Positions 28,925 through 39,162 of a stretch of DNA of 64,000 nucleotides are shown here, piece by piece (the first letter of the stretch is position 1; each line of letters opens with the position of its first letter). The position numbers and the translations under genes were made by a program. The notes under the pieces were generated by a model. That model saw only the letters and a list, made by a program, of their open reading frames with translations. It was not told the origin of the DNA and made no database searches. Source of the DNA: a virus (Duplodnaviria; Caudoviricetes); the IMG/VR virus record IMGVR_UViG_3300022752_000013; one strand, given 5' to 3'.

Positions 28925-30180
28925 TGCCCAACAAGTTCTTTCCTATCACTACTGCTACCAGTTGTAGAAGCAAATGGTCCTGGAGTTCTTTGTATCTAAA
29001 TCAAGGTACCACTGCTTCCTGCCATCGATCAAGCGTATCAGACATACCCGACAATTTTGCTGACTTTCATAATACTCCTATCAAAATTCAAGATAGAAGT
29101 AGTATGCTACAAAATTTGTGGCCTGGCAACGGATGCGAATACTGTCGCGACATTGAAGATTCTGGGAGTACCAGTGATCGCCAATTTCAAAATCAAATTC
29201 CGGATGTGTATCCTCCTGAACTAGATTCTGATAGCACACTAACCAAAGTAGCACCAGTGGTATTAGAAGTATTTTTTTCTAATACTTGTAATCTAGCCTG
29301 TGTCTATTGTAGTCCAAAGTTTAGTTCTTCTATACAAACAGAAAATAAAAAGTTTGGTGGTGCAATACTACCAGAACTAAACTTTGAATACAGCGATAAT
29401 CTTTATAAAGATCTGGCTCCTAAATTTTGGAACTGGTTCAATCAACACAGTAAATCACTGAAGAGATTGCAAATTCTTGGGGGCGAGCCGTTTGTGCAAA
29501 AGGATCTGCACAGATTGATTGAATACTTTGATGACAATCCTTGCCCGGATCTTGAGTTCAACTTGGTTACCAATCTTAGTTTACCAACTGCACTGATTGA
29601 ACCCATATTAAAGAAATTGTGTACGCTAAAAAATCAAAATAAACTAAAACGCATTGACATCCAGGTCAGCGTTGACTGCTGGGGAGAGTCTCAGGAATAT
29701 ATCAGACACGGACTTGATTTGGACACTTTTGATCGTAATATGGATCTTATGATTTCTTTGGGCGCTTTTCGAATTGGACTGTTGTCAACAATTACATCTT
29801 TGTCTATTCCCACAATGCCAGAATTGGCAATAAAGTATAATCAATGGTGTACGCAACAAAAAATATTTTGGTACATGCATCTAGTGTTACCAAATAATAA
29901 AAGCGTTTTTGATCCTGCTATATTTGAGTATTCTCAATTTGAGTCATACTTGAATACAGTGTACGATTTATTGCCCAGAGACACATGGGATGACAAAACA
30001 ACACTAGAAAGTTTCAATGGCATTGTGGCCAAACTTAAACAATTTTGTAAAAAAGATACAGATAGACAAAACATTTTGATCAATTATCTAAATACAAATG
30101 ACACTAGAAGAACATCCAATTGGGGAGATATTTTTCCTTGGTTGGAAAAAATAACAGTAGATAAAAATCATGTGGTATAG
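28924..30180 (+). CDS. Radical SAM protein
   Basis: CNLACVYC (CX3CX2C), ILGGEPF, VSVDCWG. Cys-rich N-terminal SPASM/twitch-like segment. Confidence 0.88.
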   Translation: MPNKFFPITTATSCRSKWSWSSLYLNQGTTASCHRSSVSDIPDNFADFHNTPIKIQDRSSMLQNLWPGNGCEYCRDIEDSGSTSDRQFQNQIPDVYPPELDSDSTLTKVAPVVLEVFFSNTCNLACVYCSPKFSSSIQTENKKFGGAILPELNFEYSDNLYKDLAPKFWNWFNQHSKSLKRLQILGGEPFVQKDLHRLIEYFDDNPCPDLEFNLVTNLSLPTALIEPILKKLCTLKNQNKLKRIDIQVSVDCWGESQEYIRHGLDLDTFDRNMDLMISLGAFRIGLLSTITSLSIPTMPELAIKYNQWCTQQKIFWYMHLVLPNNKSVFDPAIFEYSQFESYLNTVYDLLPRDTWDDKTTLESFNGIVAKLKQFCKKDTDRQNILINYLNTNDTRRTSNWGDIFPWLEKITVDKNHVV

Positions 30181-30622
30181 TCGTGTAGTAGCCAGTCTTG
30201 GTGCCGTGCCTGATTTTATCAGCCACTACGAGCGTGAACTTGACGATGCCAAAAAGGACTGCAAAATCTCGGGCATAGTAGAAAAGAATATCACTGCCCT
30301 GCCCGGCATCACTGAGCACCGTTTTAATCAACTGCAAGAAATTGAAGCAGTACTAAACTATCTCAACATACAACTGCGAAAGATACGTAGAAAGCATTTC
30401 CAAAAGTACATGGAAAACTATGCTCGTGCCTTGACTTCAAGAGACGCTGAAAAGTACACGGACGGTGAGGACGAGGTAATTGACTATGAAACCTTGATCA
30501 ATGAAGTGGCGTACTTACGTAACCGCTGGTTAGGTATCCTTAAAGGACTAGATACTAAACAATGGCAAATGGGGCATGTTGTTAGATTACGCACTGCTGG
30601 CATGGAAGATATTCAGGTGTGA
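30170..30622 (+). CDS. uvsY: Recombination mediator (UvsY-like)
   Basis: LPGITEHRFNQLQEIEAVL, KYMENY.RALTSRDAEKY.DGE, KGLDTKQWQMG. Confidence 0.75.
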   Translation: MWYSRVVASLGAVPDFISHYERELDDAKKDCKISGIVEKNITALPGITEHRFNQLQEIEAVLNYLNIQLRKIRRKHFQKYMENYARALTSRDAEKYTDGEDEVIDYETLINEVAYLRNRWLGILKGLDTKQWQMGHVVRLRTAGMEDIQV

Positions 30623-30647
30623 CCCGTTGTGAGTGATACATAACAGT

Positions 30648-31625
30648 ATGAAAAAGACCGCATTTGTTACAGGCATGACCGGCCAAGATGGCCCGTATCT
30701 TGCCAAATACCTAGTAGAAAAAGGCTACCATGTTTATGGGCTAGTCAAACGCTATTCAAATCCCAACCTGGAAAATATCAAATGGCTGGGCATTGAAAAC
30801 GACATTGAACTCATCACCGGTGACATCACTGATGAGAACAACATGAATCATCTCATGCAAAGCGTCAAGCCGCAGGAGGTGTATAACTTGGCAGCCCAAA
30901 GTTTTGTGGGCATCAGTTGGGAATTAAATAAACTCACCACAGAAGTTAATTGCATGGGAACATTGAATTTGCTCAACTCGATTCGCCAACACAATCCCAA
31001 TGCTCGATTCTACCAAGCATCCACATCAGAGATGTTTGGCAATGCCACGGAACCAGGACTGCAAGGTGAAACAACGCCATTCCGTCCTCGATCACCATAT
31101 GGAGTGAGCAAGTTGTACTCACATTGGATGACCATAAACTTCCGTGAGAGTTACAGTTTGTATGCTTGTTCTGGCATCTTGTTCAATCATGAATCTCCCT
31201 TGCGTGGTCGTGAATTTGTCACACGCAAGATCACAGATGCAGTGGCACGTATTAAATTAGGTTTGGCAGATGATGTCACCCTGGGCAATCTAGACAGTGC
31301 TAGAGATTGGGGATTCGCCGGTGACTTTGTGGAAGCCATGTGGTTGATGCTACAACAAGAAAAAGCCAGCGACTATGTGATTGCTACTGGGCAACAGCAC
31401 ACCATTGGTGACTTGTGTCGTGTGGCATTTGAACATGCAGGAATTCATGACTGGAAACATCTAGTAAAAAGTGATCCGCGATTTAAACGTCCAGCAGAAC
31501 TTTACAGTCTGCGTGGTGATAGTGCTCGTGCTAGAGAACAGTTGGGTTGGAAACCACGTACAGACTTTGACACCATGATCCGTAACATGGTGGATGCTGA
31601 TCTAGTGAGACTGCAACCTAGGTAG
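30648..31625 (+). CDS. gmd: GDP-mannose 4,6-dehydratase
   Basis: TGMTGQDGPYLA, VYNLAAQSFV, YQASTSEMFG, PRSPYGVSKL, LFNHESPLRG.EFVTRKI, RDWGFAGD. Confidence 0.95.
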   Translation: MKKTAFVTGMTGQDGPYLAKYLVEKGYHVYGLVKRYSNPNLENIKWLGIENDIELITGDITDENNMNHLMQSVKPQEVYNLAAQSFVGISWELNKLTTEVNCMGTLNLLNSIRQHNPNARFYQASTSEMFGNATEPGLQGETTPFRPRSPYGVSKLYSHWMTINFRESYSLYACSGILFNHESPLRGREFVTRKITDAVARIKLGLADDVTLGNLDSARDWGFAGDFVEAMWLMLQQEKASDYVIATGQQHTIGDLCRVAFEHAGIHDWKHLVKSDPRFKRPAELYSLRGDSARAREQLGWKPRTDFDTMIRNMVDADLVRLQPR

Positions 31626-32444
31626 TAATCTTTGTAGAGGATAGCCCAAAGAAATCTCTTCCACAGTCCACTCTGTATGGGCGATATCTTCCAACCAAGC
31701 CGTGCGATCTGGCATCCACGGCTTTTCTATGTCCAACAGATTTAAATTGGCCACTGGTGCGGCTAGGCTATCCGCCCCAACAAATGCCGGCACACCTGCT
31801 ATAATGCTTTGACAACCCGGACCAGAGTTTTCATTGATCACACACCAGGCATTGGCTAGATCGATATCAAAATCAAATGTGTCGTATGTGTTGGCTAGTG
31901 GACGAGGTTGGCGTACAGTAACGCCTTCTATGCCGCTGATACGTTGTCTAGGGTGCGGTCGCACAACAATAGGCCTGTTGGTAATGGATTTAATTTTTTC
32001 AACAGTTTGTTTAATCCAGGCTTTTGGCTCAGGCAGTCCAGACCATTGCTCGCTGTCACCGCGTTGCACAGCAATCACAATGTTTTCGCCAGATCGCCAG
32101 GGTCGTAGACTTATGCCTAACCTTTGTGCTCTGTTATCTTGACTGCCTGAGCCAAACCATGCACGACGATTCACACCGTTGAGACCCATTTTCCATGTAC
32201 AACCCCGCTTTAACATTCCTACTTCTAACACAATCACGTCACGACCAGAGTCTCTAAATGTTTTCCAAACGTCCTGATTGTGTCGCATGCGCCCAGACCA
32301 AAGATGACTCCATATCACCGCTACATCTGCGCCCAGATCGTGACTGTTAGATTGAATGCCCAGGGCATGTAACCCTTGTTCAAAGGCTGCAAATACAGGC
32401 ACAGAGTTTAGTGCACCAAAGTTATTGAATAGACTGATTTTCAT
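31602..32444 (-). CDS. Capsule-polysaccharide-synthesis-like protein (KpsS/KpsC-like, putative GT-B)
   Basis: IVVRPHP, AWCVINENS..G.QSIIAGVPAFV. Confidence 0.55.
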   Translation of the reverse strand: MKISLFNNFGALNSVPVFAAFEQGLHALGIQSNSHDLGADVAVIWSHLWSGRMRHNQDVWKTFRDSGRDVIVLEVGMLKRGCTWKMGLNGVNRRAWFGSGSQDNRAQRLGISLRPWRSGENIVIAVQRGDSEQWSGLPEPKAWIKQTVEKIKSITNRPIVVRPHPRQRISGIEGVTVRQPRPLANTYDTFDFDIDLANAWCVINENSGPGCQSIIAGVPAFVGADSLAAPVANLNLLDIEKPWMPDRTAWLEDIAHTEWTVEEISLGYPLQRLLPRLQSH

Positions 32445-32462
32445 TTGATTAAATAGTTATAT

Positions 32463-33110
32463 ATGTATAAAATAAACTCACTGTGGTATTCTCCAGAGCC
32501 ACCAAATGGATTTTTTAGTGAACGACTGCAGGAGGTGGTAGATGTACATTATCAAAATCGTTATCGTTGGTATGTGTACAACAATATTCCTCGCAAGCGT
32601 GTGATGATTGATATTGGTGCCAACATTGGTATATTTGCTAGACCCAGTGCTGAACAGTTTGAACATGTGATATGTTTCGAACCAGTGCTAAAAAACTTTG
32701 AAGTCTTGCAAAAAAATCTAGAAAATTATTCTAATGTAGAACTCTATAACTTGGGTCTCAGTGACCGAGATCAAACAGCAACATTTGAATTACAAACTCT
32801 CAAGTGTGGACATACCAAACAAGTGGCAGAGTTTGTGCCCAACCCAGAGTTTGAAAAACACACTGGAGAATTAACCACCCTGGATCGATTCAATTTTGAA
32901 TCGGTTGACTGGGTCAAGATTGATGTTGAAGGTTTTGAAAATGCAGTGTTAGACGGCAGTCGCGATACTATACAACGCAATAGACCTTGGTTGTTGATTG
33001 AGGATAACGGTCAACAAGATCAACACAGACAGTGGCTTAATGATTTGTGTGGCCCATATGAGGCAGCACCGGTCAAGAGCAAGAGTAATACGATATGGGT
33101 ACCATTATGA
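32463..33110 (+). CDS. FkbM-family SAM methyltransferase
   Basis: IDIGANIG, CFEP, LGLSD, KIDVEGFE..VL.G. Confidence 0.9.
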   Translation: MYKINSLWYSPEPPNGFFSERLQEVVDVHYQNRYRWYVYNNIPRKRVMIDIGANIGIFARPSAEQFEHVICFEPVLKNFEVLQKNLENYSNVELYNLGLSDRDQTATFELQTLKCGHTKQVAEFVPNPEFEKHTGELTTLDRFNFESVDWVKIDVEGFENAVLDGSRDTIQRNRPWLLIEDNGQQDQHRQWLNDLCGPYEAAPVKSKSNTIWVPL

Positions 33111-33823
33111 AGCATTTACCCTATGAACGACAAGGTTTTAGTCAAAATGATGAGACCGGAATTATTGAATACATGTTGGCAGGGATTGTAGACTCAAAAA
33201 AAACTTTTGTGGAGATTGGGTTTGGAGATGGAACACAGAACATGACTCTGGACTTGCTACATCAAGGCTATTGCGGTGTTGGTATAGACGGATGGGACTG
33301 GGATCCTTCTGTGACTGAGAGATGGCCGGATCAATTGATCAAAGTACAACAAATGATTTCCCCCGGAGATGTGGCACAGTACATTCCAGAACAATATTGG
33401 CAACCGGACTTTTTTAGTCTTGACATCGACAGTTTTGATTATGAAGTAGCATCAACTCTATTGCAATCAGGATTCCGCCCGGCTGTGGTATGTTGCGAAA
33501 TTAACAAGCACTTTGGTAACGATTGGGCTAGTTTTCCTTATGTTGAAAACACAATAAAAAAAGTCACGTACAATAGAAAATTTCATTATGGCTGTTCGTT
33601 ATCGAAGTACAAAGATTTGTGGTCACAATATGGTTATGAATTTTTTACATTTGACACCAGAGCCGTGAATGCGTTTTGGTTCCATCCAGACCAAGTCAAT
33701 CTGGATTTAGATGTTCCTAGAAATCAAACACTTGATGAGATAGATACTGCTATTATGAAACAACAAATTGCCGACCATCAGTATTGGAACAATAAAGAAA
33801 ACGGGATCTATCAAACAATATGA
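33107..33823 (+). CDS. FkbM-like methyltransferase
   Basis: SQNDETGII, FVEIGFGDG, DFFSLDIDSFD, RPAVVCCE. Start taken at the ATGA overlap (33107). Confidence 0.7.
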   Translation: MKHLPYERQGFSQNDETGIIEYMLAGIVDSKKTFVEIGFGDGTQNMTLDLLHQGYCGVGIDGWDWDPSVTERWPDQLIKVQQMISPGDVAQYIPEQYWQPDFFSLDIDSFDYEVASTLLQSGFRPAVVCCEINKHFGNDWASFPYVENTIKKVTYNRKFHYGCSLSKYKDLWSQYGYEFFTFDTRAVNAFWFHPDQVNLDLDVPRNQTLDEIDTAIMKQQIADHQYWNNKENGIYQTI

Positions 33824-34647
33824 AATACGCAGTACTAACAACATTCCATGCCGCAGGATATCAAAAATATGCCAGTCGCATGATTGATACATTTTTACAA
33901 AACTGGCCATCGGAAGTTGACCTGTACGTTTACACAGAAGATTGCTCTATCACACAGAGTGCACCTAATCTACACGTAAGAGATTTACACGCTGTGAGTC
34001 CTGAAATTGTGGCATTCAAACAACGCTGGGGCAGTGATCCCAGAGCACGTGGCCTGGTTGCCACCGGACCAGCAGACCGTAAAGGCAAAGCACCCGGCAT
34101 AGGTTTTCGTTGGGACGCTATACGTTTTAGTCACAAAGCATATTCAGTTGCTCACTGTGCTGCCAACTGTTCAGCAGATGTGCTGTTCTGGATGGATGCT
34201 GACATGGTGTGTCATACACCTGTTACCACAGCATTTATAGATAGTCAAATACCTGCGGGCACAGGACTGGCTTACCTGGGTCGTGAAAAGAAATTCACCG
34301 AATGTGGTTTGTATGGTATGAACTTGCAGGATCCTATAACTCGAACATGGTTAAAAGAATTTCAACTGGCATATGATTCTGGTAGATTAATGACCATGAG
34401 CGAATGGAATGATTGTTGGGTGTTTGACGAAACTAGAAAAGAAGTACAAGCCTCTAATCCTGCATGGCGCCAACTAAACTGGTCAGCCGGACTAATCAAA
34501 GGCGAAGGGCACCCATTGATCAACACTGCCTGGGGTGCTTACTTAGATCATCTCAAAGGCAAGCGCAAAGACACAGGGCGTAGCAATGACAAAGATTTAA
34601 TACGCCCTAGAACAGAAAGTTACTGGTCATCTTCCGCAATCTCTTGA
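33820..34647 (+). CDS. GT-A fold glycosyltransferase
   Basis: RFSHKAY, LFWMDAD (DxD), TECG, EWND.WVFD, LDHLKG.RK. Confidence 0.7.
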   Translation: MKYAVLTTFHAAGYQKYASRMIDTFLQNWPSEVDLYVYTEDCSITQSAPNLHVRDLHAVSPEIVAFKQRWGSDPRARGLVATGPADRKGKAPGIGFRWDAIRFSHKAYSVAHCAANCSADVLFWMDADMVCHTPVTTAFIDSQIPAGTGLAYLGREKKFTECGLYGMNLQDPITRTWLKEFQLAYDSGRLMTMSEWNDCWVFDETRKEVQASNPAWRQLNWSAGLIKGEGHPLINTAWGAYLDHLKGKRKDTGRSNDKDLIRPRTESYWSSSAIS

Positions 34648-35366
34648 CCATATTCTGCTTTGGAATGTTTGGCCTTGTAGTGTATCAAGTGCTCGCCCAT
34701 TACTGTGTGTGGTAGTGGTGTTTTGTAAGATTTAGCGAATCCATGGCAAAGGTCATTCACCCGACATTGTTTGACCACTCCAAGTGCGGCACCAAAAACA
34801 TCATTGTCATAAAATCTACGCAAGTCAGCGTGGTCTCTTTCGTGATACCTTCTAATATATTCTGTTCTGAATGTTTTAAATTGCCAGTGGCGAGTATTTA
34901 CAGCAAAGATGCCAGTTTCGGGTACCAACCAGTTGCCAGCATTTCCTGCTTTGTCAGAAGTATAAGTCACTCCCATGTACATGGACAAACAACCAGATTT
35001 CAATATATTTTCTAACATTTCTATTGGCAAGTCTTTGATGGTAACAACGTCGGCATCCATCCAAAAAATCCAATCTGCTTGCGGTTGGGCAATAGCATGC
35101 ATGAAACTGTAGGCTTTTTTGGCAAACTTCTTTTGACTTTGATTTAGATCAGGTTCCAATTGAAATTTTTCATAGTCAGGATCCAACTTGGAAAAATCTA
35201 TTTGCTCAATGCGGTCGTGCTTGGGCAATCTAAAGCCCTCTACATAGCAGGTTAATGTCAATTCTTCGGGCCAGTATTTGATAAAACTAGACACGCTGTC
35301 CTTGCCAATTAGATCATAATATGTTTGATTAAAACTTGTAATAACTTGTATCATCTCTTTGCCCAT
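34620..35366 (-). CDS. GT-A fold glycosyltransferase (paralogue of 33820..34647)
   Basis: KFAKKAY, IFWMDAD, PETG, YDNDVFG, LIHYKAK. Confidence 0.7.
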   Translation of the reverse strand: MGKEMIQVITSFNQTYYDLIGKDSVSSFIKYWPEELTLTCYVEGFRLPKHDRIEQIDFSKLDPDYEKFQLEPDLNQSQKKFAKKAYSFMHAIAQPQADWIFWMDADVVTIKDLPIEMLENILKSGCLSMYMGVTYTSDKAGNAGNWLVPETGIFAVNTRHWQFKTFRTEYIRRYHERDHADLRRFYDNDVFGAALGVVKQCRVNDLCHGFAKSYKTPLPHTVMGEHLIHYKAKHSKAEYGQEIAEDDQ

Positions 35367-36316
35367 TTTTTCATGTGTGCCCAGGCGGCACCAGATCGTA
35401 ACTCATCATGACTCCAGTGAAACTGTGAGATGCGTTGTATCCATGCCAGTCGATCAGGAGTATGTGGTTTTTCAATCCTATTAAGACCAGAGCCTGCTAT
35501 ATCCCTTGCCTGACTACGCTCAGGATCTGTTACAAACACCGGTATGCCTTCTATGGCAGCAGCCACAGCAGGACTAGAGTTGTGATTGACCACCGCCCAA
35601 CAATTTTTAAAATCGTGCATAAGTGTACTGCCTGCTGGGCTAAGATGTACATTTAGCAATCTACGTCCAATACACAGTTTAAGCAAACGCTCGCAATATT
35701 TCACAGCCCTTTTATCTCCAGGGTGTGGACGTATTCTAATAGGACGATCAGTATATTTTCTTATCTCTGCAATGGTTTTTATTGCCCAATCAATCACGTC
35801 CCATCCGGCCATGCTCCACCCGCCATCACGCTGGAGGCATAACAATATGTGATCGCCTTGTGTGCGCCAAGGTTCCAACTGTACTCCTGTCTGTGCCTGT
35901 ATAGTCTGCCAGCGTTCAGGATCAGGTGACTTATCACAGTATTCTCCAGTGTTGGGAAACACACCATCATAACTATATCGCAACCAGTAACCAGGATTGT
36001 CAGTGTTTCTGTACAAGAATAAATTTGAATCAGCAATCACAGTTCTGCCGCCATTGGCCTGTTGTCCATCCACAATGTTTTGTCTCAATTGTAAATGAGC
36101 GGCAGTCTTTCCATGTTCGTGTACCCATCCCAGTATGACAGCCACATCACTGGGCTCGTACACTGGATCATCAGATATGATTCCATCATCATCACAGGCG
36201 TTTGCTCCTTGTATAAAATATCTCAAGGTGTTGCTCTTGTCTTGTGCCTTTTGCAAAGACTCTGCGGTGTATTGATCCTTTTTGGGCAAGGTAGCCAGGT
36301 AACTTACAATTTTCAT
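35351..36316 (-). CDS. Capsule-polysaccharide-synthesis-like protein
   Basis: IRIRPHPGD, WAVVNHNSSPAVAAAIEGIPVFV. Confidence 0.55.
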   Translation of the reverse strand: MKIVSYLATLPKKDQYTAESLQKAQDKSNTLRYFIQGANACDDDGIISDDPVYEPSDVAVILGWVHEHGKTAAHLQLRQNIVDGQQANGGRTVIADSNLFLYRNTDNPGYWLRYSYDGVFPNTGEYCDKSPDPERWQTIQAQTGVQLEPWRTQGDHILLCLQRDGGWSMAGWDVIDWAIKTIAEIRKYTDRPIRIRPHPGDKRAVKYCERLLKLCIGRRLLNVHLSPAGSTLMHDFKNCWAVVNHNSSPAVAAAIEGIPVFVTDPERSQARDIAGSGLNRIEKPHTPDRLAWIQRISQFHWSHDELRSGAAWAHMKKWAKR

Positions 36317-37128
36317 TCTTGCATCATCCTAAATGCTGTGCCATTTCTCAGTTCTTTCACATGATACTGTCCGTAGGCCATACTGTGACACCAAGCATCT
36401 ATTAGATCTTGATCGGCCCAAACAGGATCTTCAATACTATCCAATGTAGTGTTGGCCACTGGTGCTGCCACATGTGTTGGTGCTAGTACAAATGCAGGCA
36501 CCCCTGCAAATATACTTTCCACTGCGGCCACACTGTTGAATGTGACCAAGGCATGTACGTCATTGGCCAGTGCCTGACTCAATGGTGCAGTAGCGACTCT
36601 ATCTATACGTTTGTGCGCACGTTGTCGAACTTCCACTGGGCGGTCTGTGAGTTGTTTTATTTTTGCCACAGTATCTTTGACCCATTGTTGTTGATCAATT
36701 CCGTAAAATCTACAAGGTTTTTCGTCAGGTGCCGCTACTATGATTTTTCGTCCATGACGTCTTGGTTGCAATGTGATTCCTAACTTAGACCATCGATCTG
36801 CAGGACGTGGTTGAATCTCTTTGTGCTGTAAATCATTTTTTACTATTCTGTGATAGACTTTGATACCACGAGGATTGGTAGCAGTTGCATTGTTGCCTGC
36901 ATAGCCCGAATCTACATACCAAAAGTCATGATTGCCTTCCCAGCACCGGTGCATGATTTTGTGTTTGAGAATACCGCGTAGCACTAATTTTTTCTGATCC
37001 ACTTCAACATCATAATGAAAGTCAAAATAGTCACTGTCAGTGGGGTCGGCGCCAGCACTTTGAGCCAACATGTTGATGTATTCATCTTGATTGTTTTTGC
37101 TCAGAAATAACCAATTTTGATTTGTCAT
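36313..37128 (-). CDS. Capsule-polysaccharide-synthesis-like protein
   Basis: YVDSGY, VHALVTFNSVAAVESIFAGVPAFV, AYGQY...E...G.A. Confidence 0.55.
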   Translation of the reverse strand: MTNQNWLFLSKNNQDEYINMLAQSAGADPTDSDYFDFHYDVEVDQKKLVLRGILKHKIMHRCWEGNHDFWYVDSGYAGNNATATNPRGIKVYHRIVKNDLQHKEIQPRPADRWSKLGITLQPRRHGRKIIVAAPDEKPCRFYGIDQQQWVKDTVAKIKQLTDRPVEVRQRAHKRIDRVATAPLSQALANDVHALVTFNSVAAVESIFAGVPAFVLAPTHVAAPVANTTLDSIEDPVWADQDLIDAWCHSMAYGQYHVKELRNGTAFRMMQE

Positions 37129-37138
37129 AATGTATTTG

Positions 37139-37693
37139 TCATTTTTTGGCCATTATGATATATTTTTTAACTATCATAGGTGCTGTCATTGTTGGCTTGT
37201 TTTTAATAACATCAAAATATTCGTCTTTAAGAATAGTATAGCCATGATCTATAAACTTTTGTTTCCACCACTCAGGGGTTTCTTGTATCAAATGTGCGTT
37301 TCTTCCATCGGCCAAAATCAACTTAGCAGGACTCAATGCAATCAAATGATAGATGTATTTGCTTTTAGTTGATAGATATGCCAAAGTTTGATCAATAAAT
37401 TCTGGCTCTACATGTTCCAATGCATCTGACGAATAAATTAAATCGTAAACTTTATCATCAATAGAGTAATCAAACTCAGCGTTTGCAGGATCATATCCAG
37501 TTATAGTTTTGTCTGGAAACTGCACTTTTAATGTTTGTATTAGATTGCCTTTGCCGCAACCAAAATCTAAAATGGTTTGTGGATTTTGATCTATGATAAA
37601 ATCAAACAAGTATCGTGGCATCTTGGCACGTTTTCCAAACGATGCTCGACGGTGTTCTCGTTGTAGCATTTTTTTATATCCGTTTGATATCAT
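37139..37693 (-). CDS. Class I SAM-dependent methyltransferase
   Basis: ILDFGCGKG, GYDP, SSDALEHVEP. Start moved to the ATGA overlap at 37693. Confidence 0.85.
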   Translation of the reverse strand: MISNGYKKMLQREHRRASFGKRAKMPRYLFDFIIDQNPQTILDFGCGKGNLIQTLKVQFPDKTITGYDPANAEFDYSIDDKVYDLIYSSDALEHVEPEFIDQTLAYLSTKSKYIYHLIALSPAKLILADGRNAHLIQETPEWWKQKFIDHGYTILKDEYFDVIKNKPTMTAPMIVKKYIIMAKK

Positions 37694-38370
37694 GTTCGTT
37701 GTAAACAGTAGTCGGCCAACATGTGCTCGCGATGCCATTCTTCGCTCTGTGGCGTTGTAGCAAACTCATGAAAGCAGGGAGTTCCTAGAGTATAATGCAA
37801 TAACTTAGCGTTGGAATTTGGTCCATACTCGTCTGGTAACCAGTTCCATTCTTTTGGCAACTCGCCAATGCGGTCATCTTCTAACCATGTAAATCGATGT
37901 AGTTCTGCACCTGTTGCTTTTTGTACATACTGTGGCACTAGTTTGCGATTGGGAAAACTATTACAATTCCATAAAATAACACTGGACCAATTTTTTCGAG
38001 GATAATTTTCATTTGGTGATCCTAAATATTTTTCTGTCATTCGAGTTTGATAATCATGTTTAACAACCATTACATCTTTGTCTAGTTCTCTTAATTCCCA
38101 AAGTTTTGCAACATCGTCACGCACAATCATGTCACCGTCTATAAAGATGGCCCAACCTGTAAATTGCATCAAGTGCGGCACAAGAAATCTACTGTAGATA
38201 AACTGATTTGACCCGTCGGTGTGTGTCTCTGTGTAGTCTTCAAACAAGTTCAAGGCCAATGGAATGATAGCAACAGGTTTTGAAGCATGCCGTATGATTG
38301 AGTTGGCACAGGTATGATATGCCACTGCTTCTCTTGGATCATACCCAACAAAGATCGGAATTGGTGTCAT
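37690..38370 (-). CDS. Glycosyltransferase (GT8-like)
   Basis: IFVGYDPRE, SRFLVP, AIFIDGDM, KNWSSVILWN, EWNWL, LLHYT.G.P. Confidence 0.8.
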   Translation of the reverse strand: MTPIPIFVGYDPREAVAYHTCANSIIRHASKPVAIIPLALNLFEDYTETHTDGSNQFIYSRFLVPHLMQFTGWAIFIDGDMIVRDDVAKLWELRELDKDVMVVKHDYQTRMTEKYLGSPNENYPRKNWSSVILWNCNSFPNRKLVPQYVQKATGAELHRFTWLEDDRIGELPKEWNWLPDEYGPNSNAKLLHYTLGTPCFHEFATTPQSEEWHREHMLADYCLQRT

Positions 38371-39125
38371 CGACGTTCTATGTCCTCTTCCACACAGTCC
38401 TCGCCGTACTGTATCTCAATCAGTCTGAGTGGATGATCGGTTTCGTTGCACAGTTGATGCCACTCGTTGAGTTTTATCCAGGTACTTTGATGTTGTGCTG
38501 GACTGGCCAATAGATCTCGATCAGTCGAATGTGGGTCTACAGTGTATACAGTGGCTTCTCCTTCGGCCACAAACCAGAATTCAGCACGTTTTTCGTGACG
38601 TTGCATGCTTAGGCATGTTTTGGGTGCAACCGTTAGTTCTTTGAGTTTGGTATGATTGCCTACTTCGTGTAGCACACGATAGTAGCCCCAGGCACGGTCA
38701 GTTCGAGGTTTCTTCCAGTTTTCAAGAATCCAACTACTGGAGTTGGCTTTGTTGTTGCCACCAACACCAAACACAAATTCCACATCATTAAACACCATTT
38801 CGGGAATGTTGTCCGATGTGCGATCGCCGCCATTGGCAAACACAATCTCATCATCGGGGTACTTGGCTCGTGTCTGACGAATAGCATCACAAGCAGTATC
38901 GTCGCCGTCATCAAATGCAATCACTTCGTCAACCATGTGTAGATTGTCCAGTATGGTCATTCTTTCACGCCATGACATAAACGGTCGGCCTTTTTTGCGT
39001 GTGAGCCACTCATCTGAGTTTAGACCCACAACCACGTGATCACCTAGGTGATCGGCATGATTGAGCAAAGAGATGTGTCCAGAATGTAGTGGATCAAATC
39101 CACCGGTTAATATAACAATTTTCAT
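38367..39125 (-). CDS. Cytidylyltransferase-family domain fused to a type II mannose-6-phosphate-isomerase-like cupin
   Basis: TGGFDPLHSGH (HxGH), VVGLNSD..L.RKKG, FANGGDR; then RAWGYYRVL, LSMQRH..RAEFW, IEIQYG.DC.E.DIER. Confidence 0.85.
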   Translation of the reverse strand: MKIVILTGGFDPLHSGHISLLNHADHLGDHVVVGLNSDEWLTRKKGRPFMSWRERMTILDNLHMVDEVIAFDDGDDTACDAIRQTRAKYPDDEIVFANGGDRTSDNIPEMVFNDVEFVFGVGGNNKANSSSWILENWKKPRTDRAWGYYRVLHEVGNHTKLKELTVAPKTCLSMQRHEKRAEFWFVAEGEATVYTVDPHSTDRDLLASPAQHQSTWIKLNEWHQLCNETDHPLRLIEIQYGEDCVEEDIERR

Positions 39126-39130
39126 ATGAA

Positions 39131-39158
39131 TATTTATATGCGCATATTACGATAAATA
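39131..39158. promoter_or_regulatory. Back-to-back late promoters
   Basis: TATAAATA on the minus strand (39131-38) lies 5 nt before ATG 39125. ATAAATA on the plus strand (39152-58) lies 4 nt before ATG 39163. Confidence 0.7.
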
Positions 39159-39162
39159 CAAA

